Assembly: GCA_965203175.1 (NCBI GenBank)
Contig: OZ241867.1
Coordinates: 1,664,001 to 1,728,000 of the forward strand
Origin: Candidatus Latescibacterota bacterium
GTDB lineage: Bacteria > Latescibacterota > UBA2968 > UBA8231
DNA: 64,000 nt
Direction of reading: 5' to 3'
Shown: one piece after another, positions 55,151 to 64,000 of the stretch
Position numbering within the stretch: position 1 is the first letter of the stretch
How the letters are laid out: each line of letters starts with the position of its first letter
Notes under the pieces: generated by a model
What the model was told of the DNA's origin: nothing
What the model saw: the letters and a program-made list of their open reading frames with translations, nothing else
Databases searched by the model: none
Made by a program: the position numbers and the translations under genes

Positions 55151-56957
55151 CCTCCTCGTGGTACACTCGCATCAGATCTGAGTGCATCAGATAGCCCCAA
55201 AACTCGCTTTCCCCCTCGTCTGTGGTCTGCACCACGGGCAGCTTGTCGTAGCCAGAGTCCAGCAGCTTTTGCAGGGCCTCGTGCAGGTTGTCCTCCGCGT
55301 CTATGGGCCGGACATCATCGACGACCATGTCTTCTATGAGGACTAGGTTGCGCAGCATCTCGTCTTCGGGCAGGTCGAGGTCTTCGAGGCTGATCATGCC
55401 GCGCAAGCCACCGCTGTCATCAGTGACGACAAAGTGCAGGTGGCCCAGCTTTTTGCTCAGGGAGCTCAGGGAAAAGTAGGACAGCCGATTGCTGACGATG
55501 GCCTCGGAGGTGTTTTTGAGGCGGGGGAATACTTCGCGGACTTGGAGATCGTGTAACACATTGACGGTTAGGTCTTTGATATGGGCTGGAGAGTGGAACT
55601 TATTTTGGACTTGGTTTTGATAGATGGAAAAGTTGCGCGCGAAGATCAGCGCGAGGGCGCTGACGACCATCAGCGGCGGCAGCAGGTGGTAGGAGCCGCT
55701 CATTTCGATGACGAGAATCAGGGCTGCTAGCGGCGTATTGGCCACCGCGCCGAAAAACGAGGCCATGCCCACCACGATATAAGCAGCCGGTTGGTGGACG
55801 ATGTCGGGAAAGTACTGTTGGCCCAGCAGGCCCACGGCACCGCCGAGCATCCCGCCGATAAAGAGCGAGGGGCCGAAGACGCCGCCCGAGCCGCCGCTGG
55901 AGATCGTGCAGCTAGAGGCGAAGATTTTGAGCAGGGCGAGGGCTAGGAAGGCGCGGATTGCGAGCTCGCCGTCGAGCCCCCGTTGGATGACGCCAAACCC
56001 ATCGCCCAGCACTTGCGGGTCGATAAAAGCCGCCACCCCCACCAGCAAGCCCCCGCAGCAGACGATCCAGTAGCGGGGCAGCGGCAGGCGGTCGAAGAGG
56101 GTGCGCGCAAGGCGCAGGGTCTTGACGTAAAAGATGCCGACCAAGGCGCAGAAAAACCCCAAGACTAGGTAGAAAACCAACTCGCGCACATCGGTGAACA
56201 GCAGGTCGGGCAGAGCGAAAATGTGCGAGAAGCCAAAGACAGCTATGTAGAGCGCGTAGGCGGCAAAAGAACTGATGACGCAGGGGATGAGCGCATCGCT
56301 TTCAAAGTCTTCGCGGTACAACACTTCCACGCTGGCGATCGCCGCGCCCAAGGGTGCGCGGAAAATGGCACCCAGCCCTCCGGCCGTGCCCGCCAGCAAC
56401 AAAATTCGCCGCTGGGCCACCGAGAGCTTGAGTTTATCGCCGACCCAAGAACCTAGGCCCGCGCCAATATGCACCAAAGGACCTTGCTGACCAGCGGCAC
56501 CACCGGAGGCGAGCGTGACGATGGTCGCCAGGGCCTTGACCGGAGCGACGATGGGGCGGATGTGGCCGCGCTGGTTGTGGAAGGCGTCGATCATGGCGTC
56601 GGTGCCCGCGCCTTGGGCTTCGGACGCGAAACGGTGTGTCAGGTAGCCGCCGAGCAGTCCGCCCAGCGCCGGCAGCAGCAGCAACAGCCACAAATACTCT
56701 CCGTAGGTGGGCGCGTCGAAGAAGGAAAAGTCGAATAGTGCCTTGTTGTGGGGATGGGTCTGGCGGTAGCCAGCCAGTTTCTCGACTAGCAGGAACTTGG
56801 CCAGTTCGAGGCCGTAGGTGAACAACACGGCACCCAAGCCGGCAATCAGGCCAATGAGCGCGCTGTAGAGATAGATGCGAGAGACGAACTCAAAGCCGAG
56901 CCAGTCGCGGACCAAGCGGGCGGCTGGACCCCGAGTCTGCGGGGCGGCTTCAGGCAT
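55125..56957 (-). CDS. ClC chloride channel family protein with CBS domains
   Basis: GAGTD, GQQGP, IFRAPLG, GGSGGVFGPSLFIG, SIY; C-terminal CBS pair. Confidence 0.92.
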   Translation of the reverse strand: MPEAAPQTRGPAARLVRDWLGFEFVSRIYLYSALIGLIAGLGAVLFTYGLELAKFLLVEKLAGYRQTHPHNKALFDFSFFDAPTYGEYLWLLLLLPALGGLLGGYLTHRFASEAQGAGTDAMIDAFHNQRGHIRPIVAPVKALATIVTLASGGAAGQQGPLVHIGAGLGSWVGDKLKLSVAQRRILLLAGTAGGLGAIFRAPLGAAIASVEVLYREDFESDALIPCVISSFAAYALYIAVFGFSHIFALPDLLFTDVRELVFYLVLGFFCALVGIFYVKTLRLARTLFDRLPLPRYWIVCCGGLLVGVAAFIDPQVLGDGFGVIQRGLDGELAIRAFLALALLKIFASSCTISSGGSGGVFGPSLFIGGMLGGAVGLLGQQYFPDIVHQPAAYIVVGMASFFGAVANTPLAALILVIEMSGSYHLLPPLMVVSALALIFARNFSIYQNQVQNKFHSPAHIKDLTVNVLHDLQVREVFPRLKNTSEAIVSNRLSYFSLSSLSKKLGHLHFVVTDDSGGLRGMISLEDLDLPEDEMLRNLVLIEDMVVDDVRPIDAEDNLHEALQKLLDSGYDKLPVVQTTDEGESEFWGYLMHSDLMRVYHEEVIRLEGQD

Positions 56958-57540
56958 GGGCGGTGGGCCGGCAGGTGGGACTGACGGCCTGCCATTGGCG
57001 CAGAACCTCAAAGACGAGGACGGCGCTGGCCGCGGCAACATTGAGGCTGTTTTTGTAGCCGTACATCGGAATCTCAACCAGCTCGTCGCAGCACTCAAGC
57101 GCTTCACAACTCACGCCAAGGGCTTCGTTGCCCACGATGAGGGCCAAGGGACGCGGATAGTCCAGCTCGGTGTAGCAGCGGCTTTGCGATGTCGTCTCCA
57201 GCGCCCACACCGGCACTTGGCGCGCGCGCAAGTGCTCAATGGCTTGTAGCGTGGTGGCGAAGTGGCGGGTCTCTATGTACGAGAGGGTGCCCAACGCCGT
57301 CTTGTCGAGCTTGGGATGGGGCGGATGGGCTGTGTAGCCGCAGGTGTAGATGCCGCTGAGGCGGCCCGCGTCGGCCGTGCGGAAGATCGAGCCGACATTG
57401 AAGGCACTGCGCAAATTATCGAGTACCAGATAGAGCGGGTGCTTGGGCAGGCGGGCGTATTCGTCGAGGGGCATCTCAGCGTCGAACGTGCGGACCTCAA
57501 AGCTGGTCTCCTTGCCGTAGTTGCCCGGCCGCAATTTCAC
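56950..57540 (-). CDS. TrmH/SpoU family RNA methyltransferase
   Basis: LDNLRSAFNVGSIFRTAD, GNEALG, IPMYGYKNSLNVA. Confidence 0.92.
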   Translation of the reverse strand: MKLRPGNYGKETSFEVRTFDAEMPLDEYARLPKHPLYLVLDNLRSAFNVGSIFRTADAGRLSGIYTCGYTAHPPHPKLDKTALGTLSYIETRHFATTLQAIEHLRARQVPVWALETTSQSRCYTELDYPRPLALIVGNEALGVSCEALECCDELVEIPMYGYKNSLNVAAASAVLVFEVLRQWQAVSPTCRPTAHA

Positions 57541-58574
57541 CCGACTTCCTCCGGGGACACGGGCCGCTGCTCGGCCGCGGAGAGCCGGGCGGCCTCAATG
57601 ACGATCATGGTCTGCCGCACGCTCTCGGCGGTGACGGCTAGCTCGACTCGACCGGCTAGCGCGTCGGCGATGTTTTCGTAGTAGGAACGCCAGCGACCGG
57701 GTGCCGTCTCCATGATGGTTTCCTCCGCTGACCTATAGAGGCGGGCGTAGTGTTCGGGTGCCTCTTCAGCCGCGTCGATGTCGCCGGCAATCATGGCCTT
57801 TTCCTGCGGGTCAACGCCCTCTTTGACCAGCGCGCCTTCTGTGCCCAGCACGTACCAGCGCGGCTTGGCTTTGCCCGCCAGCGACGAGGTCTCCACGCGC
57901 ACTTCGACGCCGTTGGCAAAGTGGAGCACGGCCAGCGCGTGGGACTCGACATCGATGCTGAGCGGGTCGCCGGAGTGGAAGGTGGCGTAAACCTTGGTCA
58001 GCGGCGCGTCGATGAGCTGGAGGGCTTGATCGACCAGATGCGCGCCTAGATCGAAGAATTTGCCGCCGCCGTGCCGCGCTATGCTGCGCCAACCGCGCGG
58101 GGGGCCGTATTGGCCCCAGAACATCTCCAGCAAAAAGGGCTCACCGAGCAGCCCTTGGGCCAGCGCATCTTTAACGGCGAGGAAATCCCCGTCCCAGCGG
58201 CGGTTCTGAAACACGCTGAGCAAGCGGTCGTGCGCTTGGCTAGCGGCGATCATCTGGTCGGCCTCGTCCATGCTCAAGCACATGGGCTTGTCGGTGACGA
58301 CGTGTTTGCCCGCTGCTAGCGCTTGGATGGCATGTGGGGCGTGGAGGTCGTTGGGCGTGGCGAGGACGACTAGATCGACGGCTGGATCGGCTAGCACTTC
58401 GTCGAAATGGCGGAAGGTCTTTACCCCCAAGTCGCGCTCAATCTGGTCGCGGGCCTCCGGCCGACTGGTGGCAATGCCGTAGAGGTTCAGGCCGCTGGCC
58501 AGCCCCACTAAATAGGCGTGGAAGCAGCGGCCAGCAAAGCCATAACCGATGACGGCGACATTGGGTTTTTCCAT
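57537..58574 (-). CDS. Gfo/Idh/MocA oxidoreductase (YdgJ/IolW-like)
   Basis: GYGFAGRCFH, GKHVVTDKPM, FQNRRWDGDF, DLGAHLVDQA. Confidence 0.9.
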   Translation of the reverse strand: MEKPNVAVIGYGFAGRCFHAYLVGLASGLNLYGIATSRPEARDQIERDLGVKTFRHFDEVLADPAVDLVVLATPNDLHAPHAIQALAAGKHVVTDKPMCLSMDEADQMIAASQAHDRLLSVFQNRRWDGDFLAVKDALAQGLLGEPFLLEMFWGQYGPPRGWRSIARHGGGKFFDLGAHLVDQALQLIDAPLTKVYATFHSGDPLSIDVESHALAVLHFANGVEVRVETSSLAGKAKPRWYVLGTEGALVKEGVDPQEKAMIAGDIDAAEEAPEHYARLYRSAEETIMETAPGRWRSYYENIADALAGRVELAVTAESVRQTMIVIEAARLSAAEQRPVSPEEVG

Positions 58575-58721
58575 GATTTTACCTGTGAAAACGGGCGTTT
58601 TTGCGGCCGACAAATGGGCACTTATATTAAGAGAATTCAAAGGTTTGGGCAAGTTTTCAGGATGAGCGCAATGCGGATGCGGCGCGGATGAATCTGCATT
58701 CAACTAAATGAGTATCCCAGA

Positions 58722-60917
58722 ATGAAAAAGTTTCCGTTGTTCAGCCTCTCCTTGTTGGTCGGCGTCCTGTTCGCACAGGGGAGCCGCGCCGAGGACTACA
58801 CCCGCTTCAGTTTGCCCGAGGGTGCGCTCGCCCGTCTGGGCAAAGGCCGCATTGGTTCGGGCGACCGCGCAGTGGCCTATTCACCGGACAGCACGCGGAT
58901 AGCGGTGGCTAGCGATATCGGTATCTGGCTGTACGATGCCGCCACCGGGGCTGAAGTCGCCCTGCTCACGGGCCATACGTCTTGGGTCAGGTCGGTGTCG
59001 TTTTCGCTGGATGGGCAAACTCTAGCTAGTGCCAGTGACGACAAGACGGTGCGGTTGTGGGATGTGGCCAGCGAGCAGGAGCTAGCTATCCTCCGAGGCC
59101 ATACGGATGAGGTCTCAGCGGTGTCGTATTCGCCGGATGGAAGCACCCTAGCCAGTGCCAGTTCGGACGGCATGATCCACTTGTGGGATGTGGCCGGCGG
59201 TCAGGAGCTAGCCATCCTCCAAGGCCATACGGGTTGGGTCACTTCAGTGTCGTATTCGCCGGATGGTCTGACCTTGGCCAGTGCCAGTTCGGATGGCACG
59301 GTGCGGTTGTGGGACGTGGCCGGCGAGCAGGAGCTAGCCATCCTCCAAGGTCATACAGACGGGGTGTTAGCGGTGTCGTATTCGCCGGATGGTCTGACCT
59401 TGGCCAGTGCCAGTTGGGACCAGACGGTGCGGTTGTGGGACGTGGCCAGCGAGCAGGAGTTAGCCGTCCTCCAAGGCCATACGGATAGGGTCACTTCAGT
59501 GTCGTATTCGCCGGATGGTCTGACCCTGGCCAGTGCCAGTTCGGATGGCACGGTGCGATTGTGGGATGTGGCCGGCGACCAGGAGCTAGCCATCCTCCAA
59601 GGTCATACAGACGGGGTGTTAGCGGTGTCGTATTCGCCAGATGGAAGCACCCTAGTCAGTGCCGGTTTAGACGATACAGTGCGGTTGTGGGACGTGGCCA
59701 GCGAGCAGGAGTTAGCCGTCCTGCAAAGCCATACAGACGGGGTGTTAGCGGTGTCGTATTCGCCGGATGGTCAGACCTTGGCCAGTGGCAATTTGGATCA
59801 GATGGTGCGGTTGTGGGACGCGTCCAGCGGTCAGGAGAAAGCCGTCTTCCAAGGCCATACGCATGCGGTCACGTCGGTGTCATATTCGCCAGATGGTCTG
59901 ACCTTGGCCAGTGCCGGTTGGGACGATACGGTGCGGTTGTGGGACGTGGCCAGCGAGCAGGAGCTAGCCGTCCTGCAAGGCCATACGGACAGGGTGTTAG
60001 CGGTGTCGTATTCGCCGGATGGTCAGACTTTGGCCAGTGGCAGTTTGGATAAGACGGTGCGGTTGTGGGACGCGTCCAGCGAGCAGGAGTTAGCCGTCCT
60101 GCAAGGCCATACGCATGGGGTCACTTCGGTGTCGTATTCGCCGGATGGTCAGACTTTGGCCAGTGGCAGTTTGGATAAGACGGTGCGGTTGTGGGACGTG
60201 GCCAGCGAGCAGGAGTTAGCCGTCCTGCAAGGCCATACGGATAGGGTTCGGTCCGTGTCGTATTCGCCGGATGGTCAGACTTTGGCCAGTGCTAGTTTGG
60301 ATAAGACGGTGCGGTTGTGGGACGTGAGCGGTCAGGAGTTAGCCGTCCTGCAAGGCCATACGGATAGGGTCACTTCGGTGTCGTATTCGCCAGATGGAAG
60401 CACCCTGGCCAGCGGTGAAGGTGCTTTTGGCGACTATACGATCCGGTTGTGGGACGCGTTCAGCGGTCGGGAGTTAGCCGTCCTGCAAGGCCATACGGAT
60501 GGGCTCACTTCGGTGTCGTTTTCGCCGGATGGTCAGACCCTAGCGAGTGCCAGTTGGGACGAGACGATTCTGTTGTGGGATATGTCGCCGTACATCACCC
60601 CCCCGACGGCCATTGACGCGGCTTCGCTCTCGCTGCCGACGCAAACGGCGCTGCTGGCCAACTATCCCAACCCTTTCAACAGCCGCACCCAACTCGCCTA
60701 TCGCTTAGCCGCACCCGGCTTAGTGCGGCTGGAGCTCTACAATGCCTTGGGGCAACCCGTGCGCACGCTGGTGGATCAGTTCCAAGCCGCTGGTGCGTAT
60801 CAGGTTCCCTGGGACGCCCGCGACGGTCAGGGGGCGACAGTGGCCACGGGTGTGTATGTGACGCGGCTTTATTATCCGGGCGGGATGCAGACGCGACGGT
60901 TGCTCCACCTCAAGTAG
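58722..60917 (+). CDS. Secreted WD40-repeat protein (about 14 blades) with a C-terminal FlgD-Ig/T9SS-CTD-like domain
   Basis: Signal peptide; LPEGALARLGKG; GHT..V..VSYSPDG.TLAS...D.TVRLWD repeats; NYPNPFN tail. Confidence 0.93.
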   Translation: MKKFPLFSLSLLVGVLFAQGSRAEDYTRFSLPEGALARLGKGRIGSGDRAVAYSPDSTRIAVASDIGIWLYDAATGAEVALLTGHTSWVRSVSFSLDGQTLASASDDKTVRLWDVASEQELAILRGHTDEVSAVSYSPDGSTLASASSDGMIHLWDVAGGQELAILQGHTGWVTSVSYSPDGLTLASASSDGTVRLWDVAGEQELAILQGHTDGVLAVSYSPDGLTLASASWDQTVRLWDVASEQELAVLQGHTDRVTSVSYSPDGLTLASASSDGTVRLWDVAGDQELAILQGHTDGVLAVSYSPDGSTLVSAGLDDTVRLWDVASEQELAVLQSHTDGVLAVSYSPDGQTLASGNLDQMVRLWDASSGQEKAVFQGHTHAVTSVSYSPDGLTLASAGWDDTVRLWDVASEQELAVLQGHTDRVLAVSYSPDGQTLASGSLDKTVRLWDASSEQELAVLQGHTHGVTSVSYSPDGQTLASGSLDKTVRLWDVASEQELAVLQGHTDRVRSVSYSPDGQTLASASLDKTVRLWDVSGQELAVLQGHTDRVTSVSYSPDGSTLASGEGAFGDYTIRLWDAFSGRELAVLQGHTDGLTSVSFSPDGQTLASASWDETILLWDMSPYITPPTAIDAASLSLPTQTALLANYPNPFNSRTQLAYRLAAPGLVRLELYNALGQPVRTLVDQFQAAGAYQVPWDARDGQGATVATGVYVTRLYYPGGMQTRRLLHLK
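58960..60580 (+). repeat. Tandem 126-bp (42-codon) WD40 coding repeats, about 13 units
   Basis: Near-identical DNA units such as gtgtcgtattcgccggatgg and gtgcggttgtgggacg recurring every 126 bp. Confidence 0.9.
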
Positions 60918-61065
60918 CTCGGAGCGCCGTGGATTGGACTTTCAGGAGGATCCCGCGTCGAACGAGTCGAATAAGAAGGGACACTTTTCCCGCGCTTAGG
61001 TGTTATATATGGCACGAGGTCACTCGTGGATGTCGCCGGTGCGAGGACAATGGATGGAATCACTT

Positions 61066-62496
61066 ATGCAGAGAAGCAGCAGACCGGTCATCGGTCTCAG
61101 CGTTGTCCTGCTGCTCTTGTTGAGCGGTTGCGGGGCCGCTTATTCTGGCTATGTGTCCCGTTCGCTCAACCAGCTAGAAAAGGGCAATTACGAAGCGGCC
61201 CTCGGCAAGCTGGAAAAGCCCACCGGCAAGACCAATAAGCTGCTCTACCATTTGGAAAAGGGGCTGATTTTGCACTATCAAGGCCAATACGAGGCGTCCA
61301 ACGTAGAGTTTGAACGGGCTGAGCGGTTAAGCGACCAGCTCTACACCCGCTCGGTCTCGCGCGAAATCGCGGCCTTGCTGTCCAATGATTCGATTGTCGC
61401 CTACCGAGGCGAGGAGTTCGAGCTAGCCCTAATCCACTACTACCGCGCCATGAACTACGCCCGACTGGGCGACCGACAGGCGGCACTGGTCGAGTGCCGC
61501 AAGGCCAATCTGAAGCTCGAAAACTACGCGCAACAAGCCGAGTACGAGCTCAGCTATAAAAACGACGCCTTTTTGCAGTACATGACTGGTCTCTTTTTTG
61601 AAGCCGAAGGCGAGTGGAACGACGCGTACATTTCCTACAAAGATGCCTTAAAGGGCTATCGCGCGTACGAAGCAGCCTTTGATCTGCAAGCGCCGCGGAT
61701 GCTGATAATTGACCTAGCGCGGCTGGCCCAGCGGCTGGGATACGAAGACGAGGTTGCGGAATACACCGAGCGCTACCAGCTTGAGCCAGCTGGACTGCAA
61801 CCGGCCTCTGGTGGCGAGTTGGTGGTTTTCGTCGAGAGCGGCTTTGTGCCCCGCAAGCATCAAGTCGAGTTCAGCGTGCCGATTCTGAAAGACGAAGGAA
61901 AGTGGGAGGTGTGGACGGTGTCGGAGCGAGCCGTCCATCGCTATCACCATCCGCACGTCTATAAGCGCGGGCGCGTGGATTACTGGCTTAGGGTGGCATT
62001 GCCCGAATACCGGGAGGTGCCCTCGCAGGTGGCTGGGGTGCGGTTGCTCGCTGGCGACCAGAGTGCGCTGGCGGCCACTGCCGAGGACTTGGACGCAATT
62101 GCCCAACGGACCTTTGCGCAGAAATTCGATACCATCCTGCTGCGCGCCGTTGCCCGCAACTTGGCCAAGTACCTAGCGTCCAAGAGCATTGAAAAAGCCT
62201 TTGAGGACGATGACGATGACGACGACGAGAATGACTGGGCCAAGGAGGGTTTGGGCAAAGCGCTAGGAGGTTTGGTCAACCTCTTCGGCGTGGCGACCGA
62301 GGCCGCAGACACGCGCGGCTGGCTGGCGCTACCACACGCCATTCACATCGCCCGGTTGGCGGTGGCCCCAGGCACGGCCGCGCCGACCCTAGAATTGCTC
62401 GACGACCGAGGACGGGTCCTAGCCGTAGAGACGCTGCCCGAGGTGGCGGTGGCGGATGGAGAAAAGGTCTTCCTAAACTTTCGCACTTTTCGCTGA
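61066..62496 (+). CDS. COG3014-like TPR lipoprotein (start uncertain)
   Basis: Lipobox LLSGC; YRGEEFE, ALVECRK, ADTRGWLALP. Confidence 0.78.
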   Translation: MQRSSRPVIGLSVVLLLLLSGCGAAYSGYVSRSLNQLEKGNYEAALGKLEKPTGKTNKLLYHLEKGLILHYQGQYEASNVEFERAERLSDQLYTRSVSREIAALLSNDSIVAYRGEEFELALIHYYRAMNYARLGDRQAALVECRKANLKLENYAQQAEYELSYKNDAFLQYMTGLFFEAEGEWNDAYISYKDALKGYRAYEAAFDLQAPRMLIIDLARLAQRLGYEDEVAEYTERYQLEPAGLQPASGGELVVFVESGFVPRKHQVEFSVPILKDEGKWEVWTVSERAVHRYHHPHVYKRGRVDYWLRVALPEYREVPSQVAGVRLLAGDQSALAATAEDLDAIAQRTFAQKFDTILLRAVARNLAKYLASKSIEKAFEDDDDDDDENDWAKEGLGKALGGLVNLFGVATEAADTRGWLALPHAIHIARLAVAPGTAAPTLELLDDRGRVLAVETLPEVAVADGEKVFLNFRTFR

Positions 62497-62509
62497 GGAG
62501 CAAACAATC

Positions 62510-63349
62510 ATGTACGTCAAACTATGGATAGCCGCGCTGGCGTTGGCGCTGCCGGCCGCGGCGCAGCAGAGCACGCCGGCTACCGATCAGGTCACGGACC
62601 CGCTGGAGGAAGGGGCAATCATCAATATCGTCGATTGGGACGGCGGCCAGCTACCCAAGCGCTACTACGAGCGCTCAGACCAACTACCGATGAGCCTCGA
62701 CGACGTGCGCAAGCTGAGCGCGAACAAGTTCAATACCGATGCGATCGTCAAAATGCTCGAGGAGCGGCGCTGCGTCTGCGACGCCTCGGTAGATGCCCTG
62801 GTGGAATTGAAGCAAGCCGGCGTTGCCGAGCAGGTGATCCAGGCGGTATCGCTCCACGCGCTGCCGCCCAACCGCTCGTTCGGACTGACGATCGCCCTCG
62901 ACTTCGAGGGATTGGGGGGCAAGGCCACCGTATCGACGCAGGCGCGCAAGGGCTATCTCTACTTGATCGTGCCCGACGGCGACAAGGAGCGGGTCTTTAT
63001 CGGCAACTTGCAGGCGATCCTCGCCGGCCGCTGGCAGCGCGACTCGCTGATCGACAACACCGATCTGCTGCTGCCCAAAAAGGTGCGGCGCGTGACCTTT
63101 GCCTCCGAGGTCCCGCTCAAGACCTACGGCCGCAAAAAGGCCCTAGTTTTTACCTCGACCAAACCGGACATCTATACTTCAGCCGATATTCCCGAGGCGG
63201 ACCGGGCCGGGGTGCAGGAGTTCGTGTTCGAGTATCCAGCCACGTCGCTGGAGCGCCAATGCAACCTTCAGGTGCTCTACCGGCAGGACGCGATGCTGGC
63301 CAACCGCTGGCACTTAGTGCGCACCCATTTCCAGTGCGAATGGGATTGA
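62510..63349 (+). CDS. Secreted hypothetical protein
   Basis: SD GAGGAG, signal peptide; LVELKQAGVAEQVIQA helical motif. Confidence 0.7.
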   Translation: MYVKLWIAALALALPAAAQQSTPATDQVTDPLEEGAIINIVDWDGGQLPKRYYERSDQLPMSLDDVRKLSANKFNTDAIVKMLEERRCVCDASVDALVELKQAGVAEQVIQAVSLHALPPNRSFGLTIALDFEGLGGKATVSTQARKGYLYLIVPDGDKERVFIGNLQAILAGRWQRDSLIDNTDLLLPKKVRRVTFASEVPLKTYGRKKALVFTSTKPDIYTSADIPEADRAGVQEFVFEYPATSLERQCNLQVLYRQDAMLANRWHLVRTHFQCEWD

Positions 63350-63363
63350 AAGGAGCTTATGCA

Positions 63364-63960
63364 ATGAGACGCTACGTTTTCGCGGCAATCGCCTTGGCTG
63401 TGGGGCTCGCGGCCTGTGGCGGCCCGAGGGCCTTTACCAAGGGCGAATACGGAGATCCAGAAGAGATCTCCATGCTCGACGACAAGTGGAACCAGAACGA
63501 CATGCAGCTAGTCGCCAAGAAGATGATTGGATCGATGGAGGTCTGGTCAGATGCCCGGGCCATGGCTGAAAAGCCGGTTGTCATCTTGGAGATGCCGCGC
63601 AACAAGACCACCGAGCACATCGACATGCAGGCGCTGTACGACCACGTCAAGACCGCGCTCATCCAGAGTGGGCAGTTCACGTTCCTCGACAAGGCCGCGC
63701 GGCTAGAGATCGCCCAAGAGTACGAGTATCAAGACTCGGGCTACGTGCGTCCGGACGAGGCCCAAGGGCCGGGCAACCAGCGCGGCGCGCGCTTCTTGCT
63801 CGGCGGGGTCATCACCTCGACTATACAGCAGGTGGGTAAAGACAAGGTCATCTACTACAAGGCGACCTTCGAGCTGACCGACATCGCAACCACTGAGATC
63901 GTCTGGACCGACCACAAGGAAATCACCAAGCACTTCCAGAAGAGGAGCATCGGCTTCTAG
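63364..63960 (+). CDS. lpoB: Penicillin-binding protein activator LpoB-like lipoprotein
   Basis: Lipobox LAAC; NKTTEHID, ELTDIATTEIVW. Confidence 0.8.
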   Translation: MRRYVFAAIALAVGLAACGGPRAFTKGEYGDPEEISMLDDKWNQNDMQLVAKKMIGSMEVWSDARAMAEKPVVILEMPRNKTTEHIDMQALYDHVKTALIQSGQFTFLDKAARLEIAQEYEYQDSGYVRPDEAQGPGNQRGARFLLGGVITSTIQQVGKDKVIYYKATFELTDIATTEIVWTDHKEITKHFQKRSIGF

Positions 63961-63977
63961 AGAAAGGAGCACGGAGC

Positions 63978-64000
63978 ATGAGACGCATTGCACTGATCGC
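63978..64000 (+). CDS. Start of the next operon gene (truncated by the window end)
   Basis: SD AAGGAG; MRRIALI signal-like start. Confidence 0.55.

Noticed and set aside
58960-60580. CRISPR array or DGR target
   Set aside because: In-frame 126-bp coding repeats with no unique spacers, cas genes or reverse transcriptase

Overview
GC-rich bacterial chromosomal window with about 55 CDS and no recognisable rRNA, tRNA or CRISPR array. Several traits suggest an uncultured Latescibacterota/Poribacteria-like host-associated bacterium (inference only): secreted proteins with a C-terminal FlgD-Ig/T9SS-CTD-like 'NPFN' domain, a WD40 protein, three PhyH dioxygenases and a beta-propeller enhancer-binding protein (EBP). 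Core genes are pheA, pnuC, ino1, dusB-like, 5-FTHF cyclo-ligase, uppS-cdsA-rseP-queG, ftsY, fhs and lpoB. The main structural signal is an integrase-less 11.3-kb accessory region (18242-29521) delimited by three copies of the ino1 3' end (18228, 21994, 29522). This fits two cassettes added in tandem at the ino1 stop codon, each ending in a propeller-EBP gene (one intact but lacking GAFTGA, one reduced to a scar). The region carries an Lcp/MpaB-like oxygenase-MMPL-LolA-like-OM barrel module and several deletion scars. Other notable items are a secreted WD40 protein with position-restricted variability, a ClC with a natural gating Glu-to-Gln change, a 6TM channel with an inserted repeat domain, and NrdR-like boxes upstream of a TonB-dependent receptor. 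All family calls are from motif recognition by eye; no database search was run.
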